Below, one piece after another: positions 1 to 7,634 of a stretch of DNA of 24,000 nt. The first letter of the stretch is position 1; each line of letters begins with the position of its first letter. The notes beneath the pieces are model-generated. The model was not told the origin of the DNA and did not search any database. It saw only the letters and a program-made list of their open reading frames with translations. The stretch lies in the NCBI RefSeq assembly GCF_000968055.1, contig NC_022538.1, positions 755,499 to 779,498 on the forward strand, given 5' to 3'. This stretch comes from Alteracholeplasma palmae J233 (GTDB lineage Bacteria; Bacillota_I; Bacilli_A; Acholeplasmatales; Acholeplasmataceae). The position numbers and the translations under genes were made by a program.

Positions 1-1
1 T

Positions 2-448
2 GAAATAGAAATTACAAGAACTGGAAAAGCAAATAATATTGCAGATTTAGTTAATCTATCTATATCAGGATATCAAATACAATTTGATCCAAAAATTAAA
101 ATGTATTCAGTAAATGTACCAAACAGTCTCAATGAATTAGTACTATCTGCTAATGCTAGCGAAACATCTAACATTGATGTTAGAGGATATAACCAAGGAA
201 AAGGAATTGTAACATCATCTATTAAGGACATTAAGACAGGTCAAAATGTTATTGTCATTGAAGTAACATCAGAAGATGGATTAACAAGTGAAATCTACAC
301 AATTACAGTTACAAAAGATGCCCCACAAGACTTCTTATTCCTAATCCTACTTATCGCAAGCTTACTATTATGGATTTTAACTATCCTTTATATCGCAGTT
401 AAGAGACAAAGAGAAAAAAATAAAGACAAAAACGAAGTTATATTCTAA
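2..448 (+). CDS. C-terminal end of a surface protein (cadherin-like beta-sandwich repeat plus C-terminal transmembrane anchor); 5' end lies upstream of the window
   Basis: Frame 2 is open from nt 2 with no stop before the ATG at 101 used by the ORF track, so the gene starts outside the window. 'LSISGYQIQFDPKIKMYSVNVPNSLNELVLSANA...EVTSEDGLTSEIYTITVTKD' fits the cadherin-like beta-sandwich repeat pattern of Firmicute surface proteins. It is followed by a hydrophobic helix FLFLILLIASLLLWILTILYIAV and a basic tail KRQREKNKDK. Confidence 0.6.
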   Translation, partial: EIEITRTGKANNIADLVNLSISGYQIQFDPKIKMYSVNVPNSLNELVLSANASETSNIDVRGYNQGKGIVTSSIKDIKTGQNVIVIEVTSEDGLTSEIYTITVTKDAPQDFLFLILLIASLLLWILTILYIAVKRQREKNKDKNEVIF

Positions 449-466
449 AACAAAAGGAGAAAAATA

Positions 467-1795
467 ATGATATATCTAACCTATGCAGAAAGAATGATTA
501 TAAGTCTATCAACAGTAGTTGTATTAGCTGTCCTTATCTTTATCTTCATCTTACTGTATAAAAAACAACGAATCAAAATGATAAAAACAAAAATGCTTAC
601 TATGAATGATGTCGTTAAATATAAACATTTCATGCCTTTTGTTAAGTACCAATTAAAACAAGAAGAAGATTTTTCAATTATCTTACTTCATGTGAATAAT
701 CTAGACATACTAGCAAAACAATATTCAAACTATATGGTAACTGCATACTTACGTAAACTTGCTAAAAACGTAAGTATGCACCTTACTTATGGTGCTAAAT
801 TAGCTCAAACGCCTCAAAGAGACTTATTTGCTATATACATACCAAAAGAAGAATCTTTAGATCTTCTTTTATTAGCATATAGTATGAAGGATGCTGCTAA
901 TGAAAATCTATATATTAAAAACGCAGTTGCTATTAAGAAAAATATCAGTATAGGATTTGCCATCAATGATAAAACAAATACGTATACTGAATTAATGGAT
1001 AAAGCAATGATGGCATTAGTACAATCTAAACGTCAGTTAGGTGAAGTTGTTTATTATGATGAAGATGTTGCGACCTCTATTATTGATTATAGAACAGTTG
1101 TTAGAAACCTACGCTTAACAACTACTCAATACAAATTATATGATACCTACATGCTTGCAACAGAAGAAATGAAAAACTATACACTTAAAGTAAAAGTGAA
1201 TCATTTAGAAGAAAAAGAATTCTTAAAACAAATCCCTTTAAAAGATCAAGGATGGGTTAACTTTTGGTTAATAGAAAATATTTTTAAAGAAATAACAAGT
1301 AAAAAGTTAAATGATGAATTAGAAATACCAGTGCTACTTAAGACTCTTGAATCTGAAAATATTGCAGAGGCAATTGAAAACTTATGCATAGCATACGAAA
1401 TAGACCCACAAGGAATCACTGTTAGTTTAATGGAAAGTGAAATTATAGCTTCGCAAAAAGTTGTAGAAAACATCTTAAAATTAAAAGAATTAGGTATGAC
1501 GATTGCTTATAATGTGACAAATATTTCACCTGAAATATACCACAGCATTCAAAGCTATCATGCAACCATTATCAACTTAACTAAAAAATTCATTGATGAA
1601 AATAAAGATGCTTTAGATGAACTATTATATTTTGCTAAATTCAATCATTTAGATATTTTAGTATCATCAAATGAAAACCTAGATAAAGTATATCTAGAAA
1701 ATTATCATGCTACATTATACTCAAAAGTATCTTCTAAAAATACCTTATTTATCGATAGAAAATCACAAAAAAGAGCAAAGGATGTTAAAAAATAA
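467..1795 (+). CDS. Membrane-anchored protein with degenerate GGDEF-like and EAL-like domains (probably catalytically inactive)
   Basis: SD 'aaaggag' lies 8 nt upstream of the ATG at 467. There is an N-terminal TM helix (ISLSTVVVLAVLIFIFILLY). The middle region aligns by eye to a GGDEF fold: 'FSIILLHVNNLDILAKQYSNYMVTAYLRKLA' versus the D-x-D-x-FK-x-IND-x-GH-x-GD block, 'QRDLFAIYIP' in place of GGDEF/GGEEF, and 'ISIGFA...LMDKAMMALVQSK' versus 'SIGVA...LLKRADxALYxAK'. The C-terminal half has an EAL-like layout ('VSLMESE' for E-x-TE, 'GMTIAYNVT' for G-x-x-x-A-x-DDFG) with catalytic residues replaced. Confidence 0.5.
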   Translation: MIYLTYAERMIISLSTVVVLAVLIFIFILLYKKQRIKMIKTKMLTMNDVVKYKHFMPFVKYQLKQEEDFSIILLHVNNLDILAKQYSNYMVTAYLRKLAKNVSMHLTYGAKLAQTPQRDLFAIYIPKEESLDLLLLAYSMKDAANENLYIKNAVAIKKNISIGFAINDKTNTYTELMDKAMMALVQSKRQLGEVVYYDEDVATSIIDYRTVVRNLRLTTTQYKLYDTYMLATEEMKNYTLKVKVNHLEEKEFLKQIPLKDQGWVNFWLIENIFKEITSKKLNDELEIPVLLKTLESENIAEAIENLCIAYEIDPQGITVSLMESEIIASQKVVENILKLKELGMTIAYNVTNISPEIYHSIQSYHATIINLTKKFIDENKDALDELLYFAKFNHLDILVSSNENLDKVYLENYHATLYSKVSSKNTLFIDRKSQKRAKDVKK

Positions 1796-1797
1796 TT

Positions 1798-3294
1798 ATG
1801 GAACATTTCTCACAATGGTTTATTGAGTTTTTCAAAAAACTCTCACAAGACTTATGGGCTCTTTTATCTGGATTTTTTAAAGGTATCTATAACTTATTTA
1901 TAGGAAACCCAATTAATTATTTCAAAGATTTTAACGTACAATCAAAAAACTTCACTGCAGGAGACTGGGCATTATCAATTATGTTTATTACCATCTTTTT
2001 TGTAGTAGTAGTTTTACTCTTATTAGTGATTTACCAAATCATTAAAAGATATATAAGATTTACTAAAATAGAACAAGATAAGATTGATTTATTACATAGA
2101 CAACATCAACTTGAATTAAGACTAAAAAATGGTTCTATTCAAGCAAAAAACTCATCTATTTTTAATTCAAATCCTAAATCTAAAAAAGAAGCTCAAAATA
2201 AAAAAGGCAACAGATTTGTTAAATTATCTAATATTGATGAAAAATATAAATATAGTGTTCTAGCAACGCCTATGCTAGAAGAAGAAAAATTAAGTTTACC
2301 TCAACTAGTCACTAGATTTAGAAATTATTCAGCTTATGAACATAAACTATTTTATACTGAAAAAACGATTGCTATCTTCTTAGCAGGTATGGCCACATCT
2401 AAAACAATGATTCTAGAAGGTATCTCAGGTACTGGTAAAACCTCTTTACCATATGCCTTTGGTAAATTTATTTCACACGATTCAAGCATCATTTCTGTTC
2501 AGCCATCTTGGCGTGATAGATTTGAAATGATGGGATATTTAAATGAATTTACTAAAAAATTCAATGAAACTGAATTCTTAAGATCAGTCTATGAATCACT
2601 CTATAGAACAGATATTAATCTAATCGTATTAGATGAAATGAACCTTGCCAGAGTTGAATACTATTTCGCTGACTTTTTATCATTACTTGAACTTCCAAAT
2701 CCTGATGAATGGTTATTAGATTTAATCCCTGAACAAATTGTTGGGGATCCAGTTCAACTTAAAGAAGGTAAAATTAAAATTGCTCAAAACATCTGGTTTA
2801 TAGGAACAGCTAATAAAGATGACTCAACATTTGCAATTACTGATAAAGTATATGATAGAGCAGCTTCAATTGAAATGAATGATAAAGCACAAAGATTTGA
2901 TGCCCCTGAAACTAAGGCAATGAACCTTTCTTTTGACTACTTACAAAACCTATTTACTCAAGCAGAACAAAACCATTTTATTTCACCTAGTAATTTAGAT
3001 GCATTAGTAAAATTAGACACATATATTACTGAAAAGTTTGAGATTACATTTGGTAATCGTATTATGAAACAACTTAATACCTTTGTCCCAGTCTTCATGG
3101 CTTGTGGACAAGAAGAAGTAACTGGAATTGACTATATTATTGCTCGTAAAATTATCCGTAAGTTTGAAACACTTAACTTACCATTCTTACAAAAAGAATT
3201 ACAAGACCTTCTCCTTTTATGCGATAAACTATTTGGAAAAGATAAACTCATTGAAACTAAGAAATTAGTCAATAAATTCTTAAGACAAGTCTAG
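1798..3294 (+). CDS. Membrane-anchored McrB-family (AAA_5-type) AAA+ NTPase
   Basis: The ATG is 2 nt after the upstream stop, consistent with an operon. TM helix WALSIMFITIFFVVVVLLLLVIY. Walker A 'GISGTGKTS' (nt 2419-2445). 'SVQPSWRDRFEMMGYLN' parallels McrB 'QFHQSYSYEDFIQGYRP'. Walker B 'LIVLDEMNLARVEYYFADFLSLLE' parallels McrB 'IIDEINRANLSKVFGE..MLME'. 'IGTANKDDS' parallels McrB 'IGxMNTADRS', the NxxD guanine-specificity-like motif. Confidence 0.65.
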   Translation: MEHFSQWFIEFFKKLSQDLWALLSGFFKGIYNLFIGNPINYFKDFNVQSKNFTAGDWALSIMFITIFFVVVVLLLLVIYQIIKRYIRFTKIEQDKIDLLHRQHQLELRLKNGSIQAKNSSIFNSNPKSKKEAQNKKGNRFVKLSNIDEKYKYSVLATPMLEEEKLSLPQLVTRFRNYSAYEHKLFYTEKTIAIFLAGMATSKTMILEGISGTGKTSLPYAFGKFISHDSSIISVQPSWRDRFEMMGYLNEFTKKFNETEFLRSVYESLYRTDINLIVLDEMNLARVEYYFADFLSLLELPNPDEWLLDLIPEQIVGDPVQLKEGKIKIAQNIWFIGTANKDDSTFAITDKVYDRAASIEMNDKAQRFDAPETKAMNLSFDYLQNLFTQAEQNHFISPSNLDALVKLDTYITEKFEITFGNRIMKQLNTFVPVFMACGQEEVTGIDYIIARKIIRKFETLNLPFLQKELQDLLLLCDKLFGKDKLIETKKLVNKFLRQV

Positions 3295-3302
3295 GTTAAA
3301 TT

Positions 3303-5093
3303 ATGAAACGTAAATATGATTCAGAATTATTCTTAGAAAAAGTAAGTAATTCAATTGAAGAGCATGAACTTAATTTAGATTTTCCAGAAGTTTTTTATGA
3401 TGCCTTAACAGAAGGTAGTGCCAAAAGAAAACAAAGACAACATTTTGAATATAAAAAATTTGATGATGCGTGGCTAAAAAATATAGAAGCTTATTTTCCT
3501 AGTATTGATAGAATTACTAGAAATCTTAAATCGACTTTAAGATATGAAAGTGAAATCTTACCAATTGAAAAAACTAGAAAAACTAATCCAGAATCTATTA
3601 GACACTTAACTCAAAATACAAGATATATCAAAGAAATCAACGAAGATGATGAAATCATCCCAGAAAAAGTATTAAACATATTATCTGAAATAGAATATGG
3701 AATCTATGAAAATAGATTTATTATGACACTTATTTTCAGATTAAAAGATTATTTATATAACCGTCTTAAAGTCATTAAAGAACAAATGCATGGATTTAAA
3801 GAAACAACATTTGAATTATCAAATGATTTTTCGTTTAATCATGCAGATTATGAATTAGAAGTAAATCTTAAAGCCAAAGAAACAATTGATTCTAATAAAG
3901 AAGATGACCATAATAAAAGTGTTTTAGAAAGAACAGAAAGACTCTATCAACTTGTCTCTAGATTAATTAACAGTGAATTTATGCAAGTAATGAAAAAGTA
4001 TAAAAAAGTTAAACCGCCTATTATGAAAACACAAATCATCTTAAAGAACCCAGACTTTAGAAATGCCTATATGCTTTGGTTATACTTAGATAAAACACAT
4101 ATCTTAGATTATGAACTACAAACAGAAACAAAACAAAAAAGATTTACCCAAGAATACTACAATCATCTTAACCAAAGCTTACTTGTATTATTCTCAACAA
4201 TCTTTACTTACAGTGAGTTAGGTAGTGAAATAACAGATGATAAATTATTTACTTCATTAAAAAAAGCTAAAGAAGAATTAACATATGCTAGTAATCTAGA
4301 TACTAATATCCCTATTCATGATATAGAACCACAAGAAGCAACCGAATTCTATTTAAGAAAAGCTAGAACCTTATTTAATAAACATTACCAACAAATTATT
4401 GATAATAAGAACCCTCAACAAACAAGCGTTAAACAAGTTTTAATGGAACAATATAAACTAGTTGATCAAATATACCAAGACTACTTTGAGATTAATCAAG
4501 ACAGTGATGTTTTCTCACAACTTATTATGTATAAAGATCCAGTTAAAGCTTATGATGAGGCAAAAACGAGATACGATGTAGCAAAGGCTGCTAGACAGCT
4601 TAAAGAACAAATGTATCATGAGTCCTTAGAACTTGAAAACAAATGGATTGATGAGGTCAACAAACGTCAAGAATTCGCGATTAATGAATTACAAGCTGAA
4701 TTAACTTCTGTAACAAGTAAACAAATTGAAGAAATTCAAAAGAAAACTAAAAAAGAAGAAACTCAGTATGAAAAGAAATTAAATAAAGATAGAAAAGTAG
4801 CACTTAATAAACAAAAAGTACTTACAGATATTAAGTACCGTGAAATTAAACTTAAGTATGATGCTGATTTGAAGAAGTATAAAGAAAAAGAAAAACTAAG
4901 ACTTCAAAAAGAGAAAGAAAAATTAGCGTTAAAACTTAAAAAAGAAAAAGAAAGATTAAGAGTTAAGGCAACAAAAGAAAAATTAAGAGATAAAGAAATG
5001 CTTCAAGTGAGAAAAGATAATAAATTAAAGGCATATAAAGAAAAAATAGATGCACAAAAAAAGAAAGTTTCTAAAAACAATAAACAAAACTAG
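3303..5093 (+). CDS. McrC/DUF2357-like N-terminal region fused to a long Lys/Glu-rich coiled-coil tail; no recognisable PD-(D/E)xK motif
   Basis: The gene starts 8 nt after the McrB-like gene. 'IEYGIYENRFIMTLIFRLKDYL' (nt ~3705-3719 encode YENRF) resembles the ENRF(L/I) motif of McrC/DUF2357 partners of McrB-type NTPases. 'LKNPDFRNAYMLWLYL' resembles the following conserved helix. The last ~140 aa are KEKEKL-type heptad-like low complexity. The family call is from motif memory only. Confidence 0.35.
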   Translation: MKRKYDSELFLEKVSNSIEEHELNLDFPEVFYDALTEGSAKRKQRQHFEYKKFDDAWLKNIEAYFPSIDRITRNLKSTLRYESEILPIEKTRKTNPESIRHLTQNTRYIKEINEDDEIIPEKVLNILSEIEYGIYENRFIMTLIFRLKDYLYNRLKVIKEQMHGFKETTFELSNDFSFNHADYELEVNLKAKETIDSNKEDDHNKSVLERTERLYQLVSRLINSEFMQVMKKYKKVKPPIMKTQIILKNPDFRNAYMLWLYLDKTHILDYELQTETKQKRFTQEYYNHLNQSLLVLFSTIFTYSELGSEITDDKLFTSLKKAKEELTYASNLDTNIPIHDIEPQEATEFYLRKARTLFNKHYQQIIDNKNPQQTSVKQVLMEQYKLVDQIYQDYFEINQDSDVFSQLIMYKDPVKAYDEAKTRYDVAKAARQLKEQMYHESLELENKWIDEVNKRQEFAINELQAELTSVTSKQIEEIQKKTKKEETQYEKKLNKDRKVALNKQKVLTDIKYREIKLKYDADLKKYKEKEKLRLQKEKEKLALKLKKEKERLRVKATKEKLRDKEMLQVRKDNKLKAYKEKIDAQKKKVSKNNKQN

Positions 5094-5115
5094 ACAAAAG
5101 AGCCTTATTATCTAG

Positions 5116-5143
5116 TTGAAAAGTAGTTTAATTATGATACAAT
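5116..5143 (+). promoter_or_regulatory. Sigma-70-type promoter-like element (TTGAAA - 16 nt - TGaTACAAT)
   Basis: -35 TTGAAA at 5116-5121, a 16-nt spacer, the TG of an extended -10 at 5135-5136, and -10 TACAAT at 5138-5143. It sits immediately upstream of the hairpin terminator at 5172-5198. Confidence 0.4.
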
Positions 5144-5171
5144 ACATATGAAAAGTCTTAATATACGAAAG

Positions 5172-5198
5172 AGCAAGGATGAGGGTCCTTGCTTTTTC
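5172..5198 (+). terminator. Rho-independent terminator
   Basis: An 8-bp GC-containing stem, 'agcaagga' (5172-5179) paired with 'tccttgct' (5186-5193), has loop 'tgaggg' and is followed by a T-run (5193-5197). The stem can extend by A-T pairs on both sides. Confidence 0.65.
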
Positions 5199-5294
5199 TT
5201 TTAAACTTATCTGATAATATATTTAAGTTAAATAATAAAAGAAAATTAATCAAGCGATTTAGTTTTTAGATTAGTAAATAAACTATACAAAAAT

Positions 5295-5323
5295 TTGACA
5301 AAAGCTCTAAGAACATATATACT
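5295..5323 (+). promoter_or_regulatory. Sigma-70-type promoter of the ATPase/RloB-like operon (TTGACA - 17 nt - TATACT)
   Basis: Consensus -35 TTGACA at 5295-5300, an exact 17-nt spacer, and -10 TATACT at 5318-5323. It lies ~38 nt upstream of the SD-supported ATG at 5361. The TTG that the ORF track uses as a start is the first triplet of this -35 box. Confidence 0.6.
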
Positions 5324-5360
5324 ATTAGTGATGGATATTTTATCCAAGGAGGTATTTGCG

Positions 5361-6644
5361 ATGATTTTAAGTTTTGCTGTTAAAAACTATAAGTCAATTA
5401 AAGATTTATTAATATTAGACTTTACAACTGAAAAAAGTGAAGTTCAACCTAAGTTTGAAGCATTAGTAAAAAAAGAACAAGGACAATTAGTTACAAGGCT
5501 TAATTTTTTATATGGAAAGAATGGTTCAGGAAAAAGTAGTATAGTAGATGCATTAAAAGCATTATGTAAATTAGGAATATCAGATAACAATAAAACATCT
5601 GAGTCTGAGAAATTGATCATTAAGCCGTTTAAATTTTTAGAAGTTCTAGAAAGTAAAACCTTTTTTACATTATTGTTTGTAAACAACCAAAAAAAATATA
5701 GATACTCAGTTAGTTATGATGTTAATAAAGAAATAATTGATGATGAGCAGTTGAAATATATTGAAGATGATAAGGAAATAATCATTTTTTCAAAGTTAGA
5801 AGATCAATTTTTAAATTTGAATCAATCAGAATTAGAGAGATTAAAAACTTATAAATTAGAAAAAAACAGCATTTTAAGAACCCTCAGTAAAGAAATAGAA
5901 ATATCTAATATTAATATAAAAGCACATATAGATAATGTGTTTTCCTTTATAAACAAAATATATTTTAACTTTACTAAACTTAATTCAACGCAGAGTATTA
6001 AGCAATTAATAAATAATCCTAAAAAATTAAATGAAATTAAAAGTAAAATTAAAAAATTTGATTTAACTATTTCAGATATTAAAGTTGAAGAAAAAGATAT
6101 AAATCGTGAAGAATTTAACAGTAAATATAGTTCTTTTTTTGATGAATCTGATGAACAAATTAACAAAAGTCTTAGAAAAGTAATAGACACATTTTATGAA
6201 TTACAAAAATATAATTTAGAAATTATGCACGATCAAAATGGATTAAATTACCAAGAAGAATCAAAAGGAACGCAAAGAGCCTTAGACATTTTATTCTCAG
6301 TTTACAACATTGATTCAGGAGTTTTTATTATTGATGATTTTGAAAATGATTTACACTCTAAAAGTGCTCAAGAATTAGTTAAGTATCTCGCAAAAGAATT
6401 TATTACTCACCAATTCCTTTTTGTTACTCACGATCTAGAAATGCTAGACTTAAAAGAAGTCAAATTTAAACCACTGCACTTTTTTGCAGAAAGAGATACT
6501 AAAGATTTTTCAACAACAATAGAACGATTAACTACTTTTAAAGATTTAAGAAGCGATAGTAGAAATAGTTGGAAGAATTTTTATGAAAATCATAGACTCA
6601 CCCAATTTCCTAATATTAGCATTAATGATAAGGATGGTTTTTAA
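5361..6644 (+). CDS. ABC/AAA_21-AAA_15-type ATPase (RloA/AbiLi/AriA-like) of a two-gene defence-type module
   Basis: SD 'aaggagg' (5346-5352) lies 8 nt before the ATG at 5361. The N-terminus 'MILSFAVKNYKSIKD' is typical of this ATPase class. Walker A 'GKNGSGKSS' (nt 5514-5540). There is a long helical insertion. The C-terminal region has the signature-like 'SKGTQRAL', Walker B/D-loop 'VFIIDDFENDLH' and H-loop 'FVTHD'. Confidence 0.75.
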   Translation: MILSFAVKNYKSIKDLLILDFTTEKSEVQPKFEALVKKEQGQLVTRLNFLYGKNGSGKSSIVDALKALCKLGISDNNKTSESEKLIIKPFKFLEVLESKTFFTLLFVNNQKKYRYSVSYDVNKEIIDDEQLKYIEDDKEIIIFSKLEDQFLNLNQSELERLKTYKLEKNSILRTLSKEIEISNINIKAHIDNVFSFINKIYFNFTKLNSTQSIKQLINNPKKLNEIKSKIKKFDLTISDIKVEEKDINREEFNSKYSSFFDESDEQINKSLRKVIDTFYELQKYNLEIMHDQNGLNYQEESKGTQRALDILFSVYNIDSGVFIIDDFENDLHSKSAQELVKYLAKEFITHQFLFVTHDLEMLDLKEVKFKPLHFFAERDTKDFSTTIERLTTFKDLRSDSRNSWKNFYENHRLTQFPNISINDKDGF

Positions 6645-7453
6645 TGAATGATCTTATTAACAGTGTTGAAAAATACAAAAATAACAAGATTAGAACAACT
6701 AAAAGAATCCATGTATTTTATGAAGGCAGAGTAACTGAAAAAGATTTAATTGAATTATTTAATAAAGAGATGACTAGGCTCAATATTAAAGAAGATATTT
6801 TAAGTTTTATCGATATTAATGTTTCTAGTGAACCCAATAACGATTTAAATTATATTATTAAAACAGTTAATAAAAAAAAGAGTTATACCAATACAAGCGG
6901 TAATCAAATCTATTTTTATAAAGGAGACTATGTTTTATATTTACATGATTTTGATATCTACCATGATTACAGAGACTCAAAAAATGAAGCAAATGAAAAC
7001 AGAGTTAAAACAGCTATTAGGAATTTTGATATTAAATTTAAAGAAGTTAATCAAAATAAAAAAATAACTTTCTTAATTATTCCCAGTTTTCCATCAATAG
7101 AGTATCCTATAGCATTAGGATGTATAGCAACTGAAGAACTTAGAAGCATTAATATTTCTAACAAGCAAGATTGTATTGCTTATATTAACCAAAAAACAAA
7201 ATTTAGAATAACAGAAAAAGTAAAAGATTTCACAAATGTACTTTTAAGCAGAGCTTATTCACATGATAGAATGATATTTAACTGTAGTTTTGATAGAGTT
7301 AATAAAAAACTACTACAAAATTTAAAAGAATTTAATTCAGAACTATTAGCAAATGGTATAGATAAGTTTGTAGCAAATAGAAATAGGTCTTTTTCATATC
7401 TAGATGGAATAGTGGGAATTATTAATGATTTCTATATGAGTATTACTAAATAG
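6644..7453 (+). CDS. RloB-like / Toprim-type protein (AbiLii/OLD-Toprim-like partner of the ATPase)
   Basis: The start overlaps the upstream stop by 1 nt (TAATG), indicating translational coupling. 'RIHVFYEGRVTEKDLIELF' (nt 6710-6739) matches the RloB N-terminal 'CEGxxTExxYF' Toprim-Glu motif. 'VLYLHDFDIYHD' matches the acidic DxD block. 'FLIIPSFPSIEYPIALGC' matches RloB 'SNPcFElWlllH'. The size (269 aa) fits AbiLii/RloB proteins. Confidence 0.65.
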   Translation: MNDLINSVEKYKNNKIRTTKRIHVFYEGRVTEKDLIELFNKEMTRLNIKEDILSFIDINVSSEPNNDLNYIIKTVNKKKSYTNTSGNQIYFYKGDYVLYLHDFDIYHDYRDSKNEANENRVKTAIRNFDIKFKEVNQNKKITFLIIPSFPSIEYPIALGCIATEELRSINISNKQDCIAYINQKTKFRITEKVKDFTNVLLSRAYSHDRMIFNCSFDRVNKKLLQNLKEFNSELLANGIDKFVANRNRSFSYLDGIVGIINDFYMSITK

Positions 7454-7523
7454 TTCTTTTATGATGAACTTAACATTCCACTTGTTAATTTATTATGTAA
7501 AGAGTAAGTATGACAACTTTAAG

Positions 7524-7552
7524 AACAAGTATATATTTTATGCTTGTTTTTT
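7524..7552 (+). terminator. Weak rho-independent terminator candidate
   Basis: Stem 'aacaag' (7524-7529) pairs with 'cttgtt' (7543-7548), followed by a T-run to 7552. The stem is short and AT-rich and the loop is long (13 nt). Confidence 0.4.
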
Positions 7553-7634
7553 CTTTAAAATACAAAAGATTTAAATTAATATAATATATATATGAATTAT
7601 GGTAAAATTTATGTAATAGTAGGAGGTTTACAAT

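Noticed and set aside
1246-1473. Antisense ORFs in the track: 1246-1473, 5444-5686, 5849-6190, 8843-9031, 9656-9880, 11983-12192 and 19995-20456, all on the minus strand.
   Set aside because: Each lies entirely inside, or almost entirely opposite, a longer sense gene that has clear family motifs. They have no SD and their low-complexity, hydrophobic or Ser/Phe/Leu-rich translations are typical of shadow frames in AT-rich genes. The 19995-20456 ORF lies opposite well-conserved uvrC.
5295-5360. The 22-codon N-terminal extension of the ATPase ORF, starting at TTG 5295.
   Set aside because: TTG 5295 is the first triplet of a consensus -35 box (TTGACA-17-TATACT) and has no SD. The ATG at 5361 has an AAGGAGG 8 nt upstream, and the protein family normally begins 'MI.S...KN(F/Y)'.
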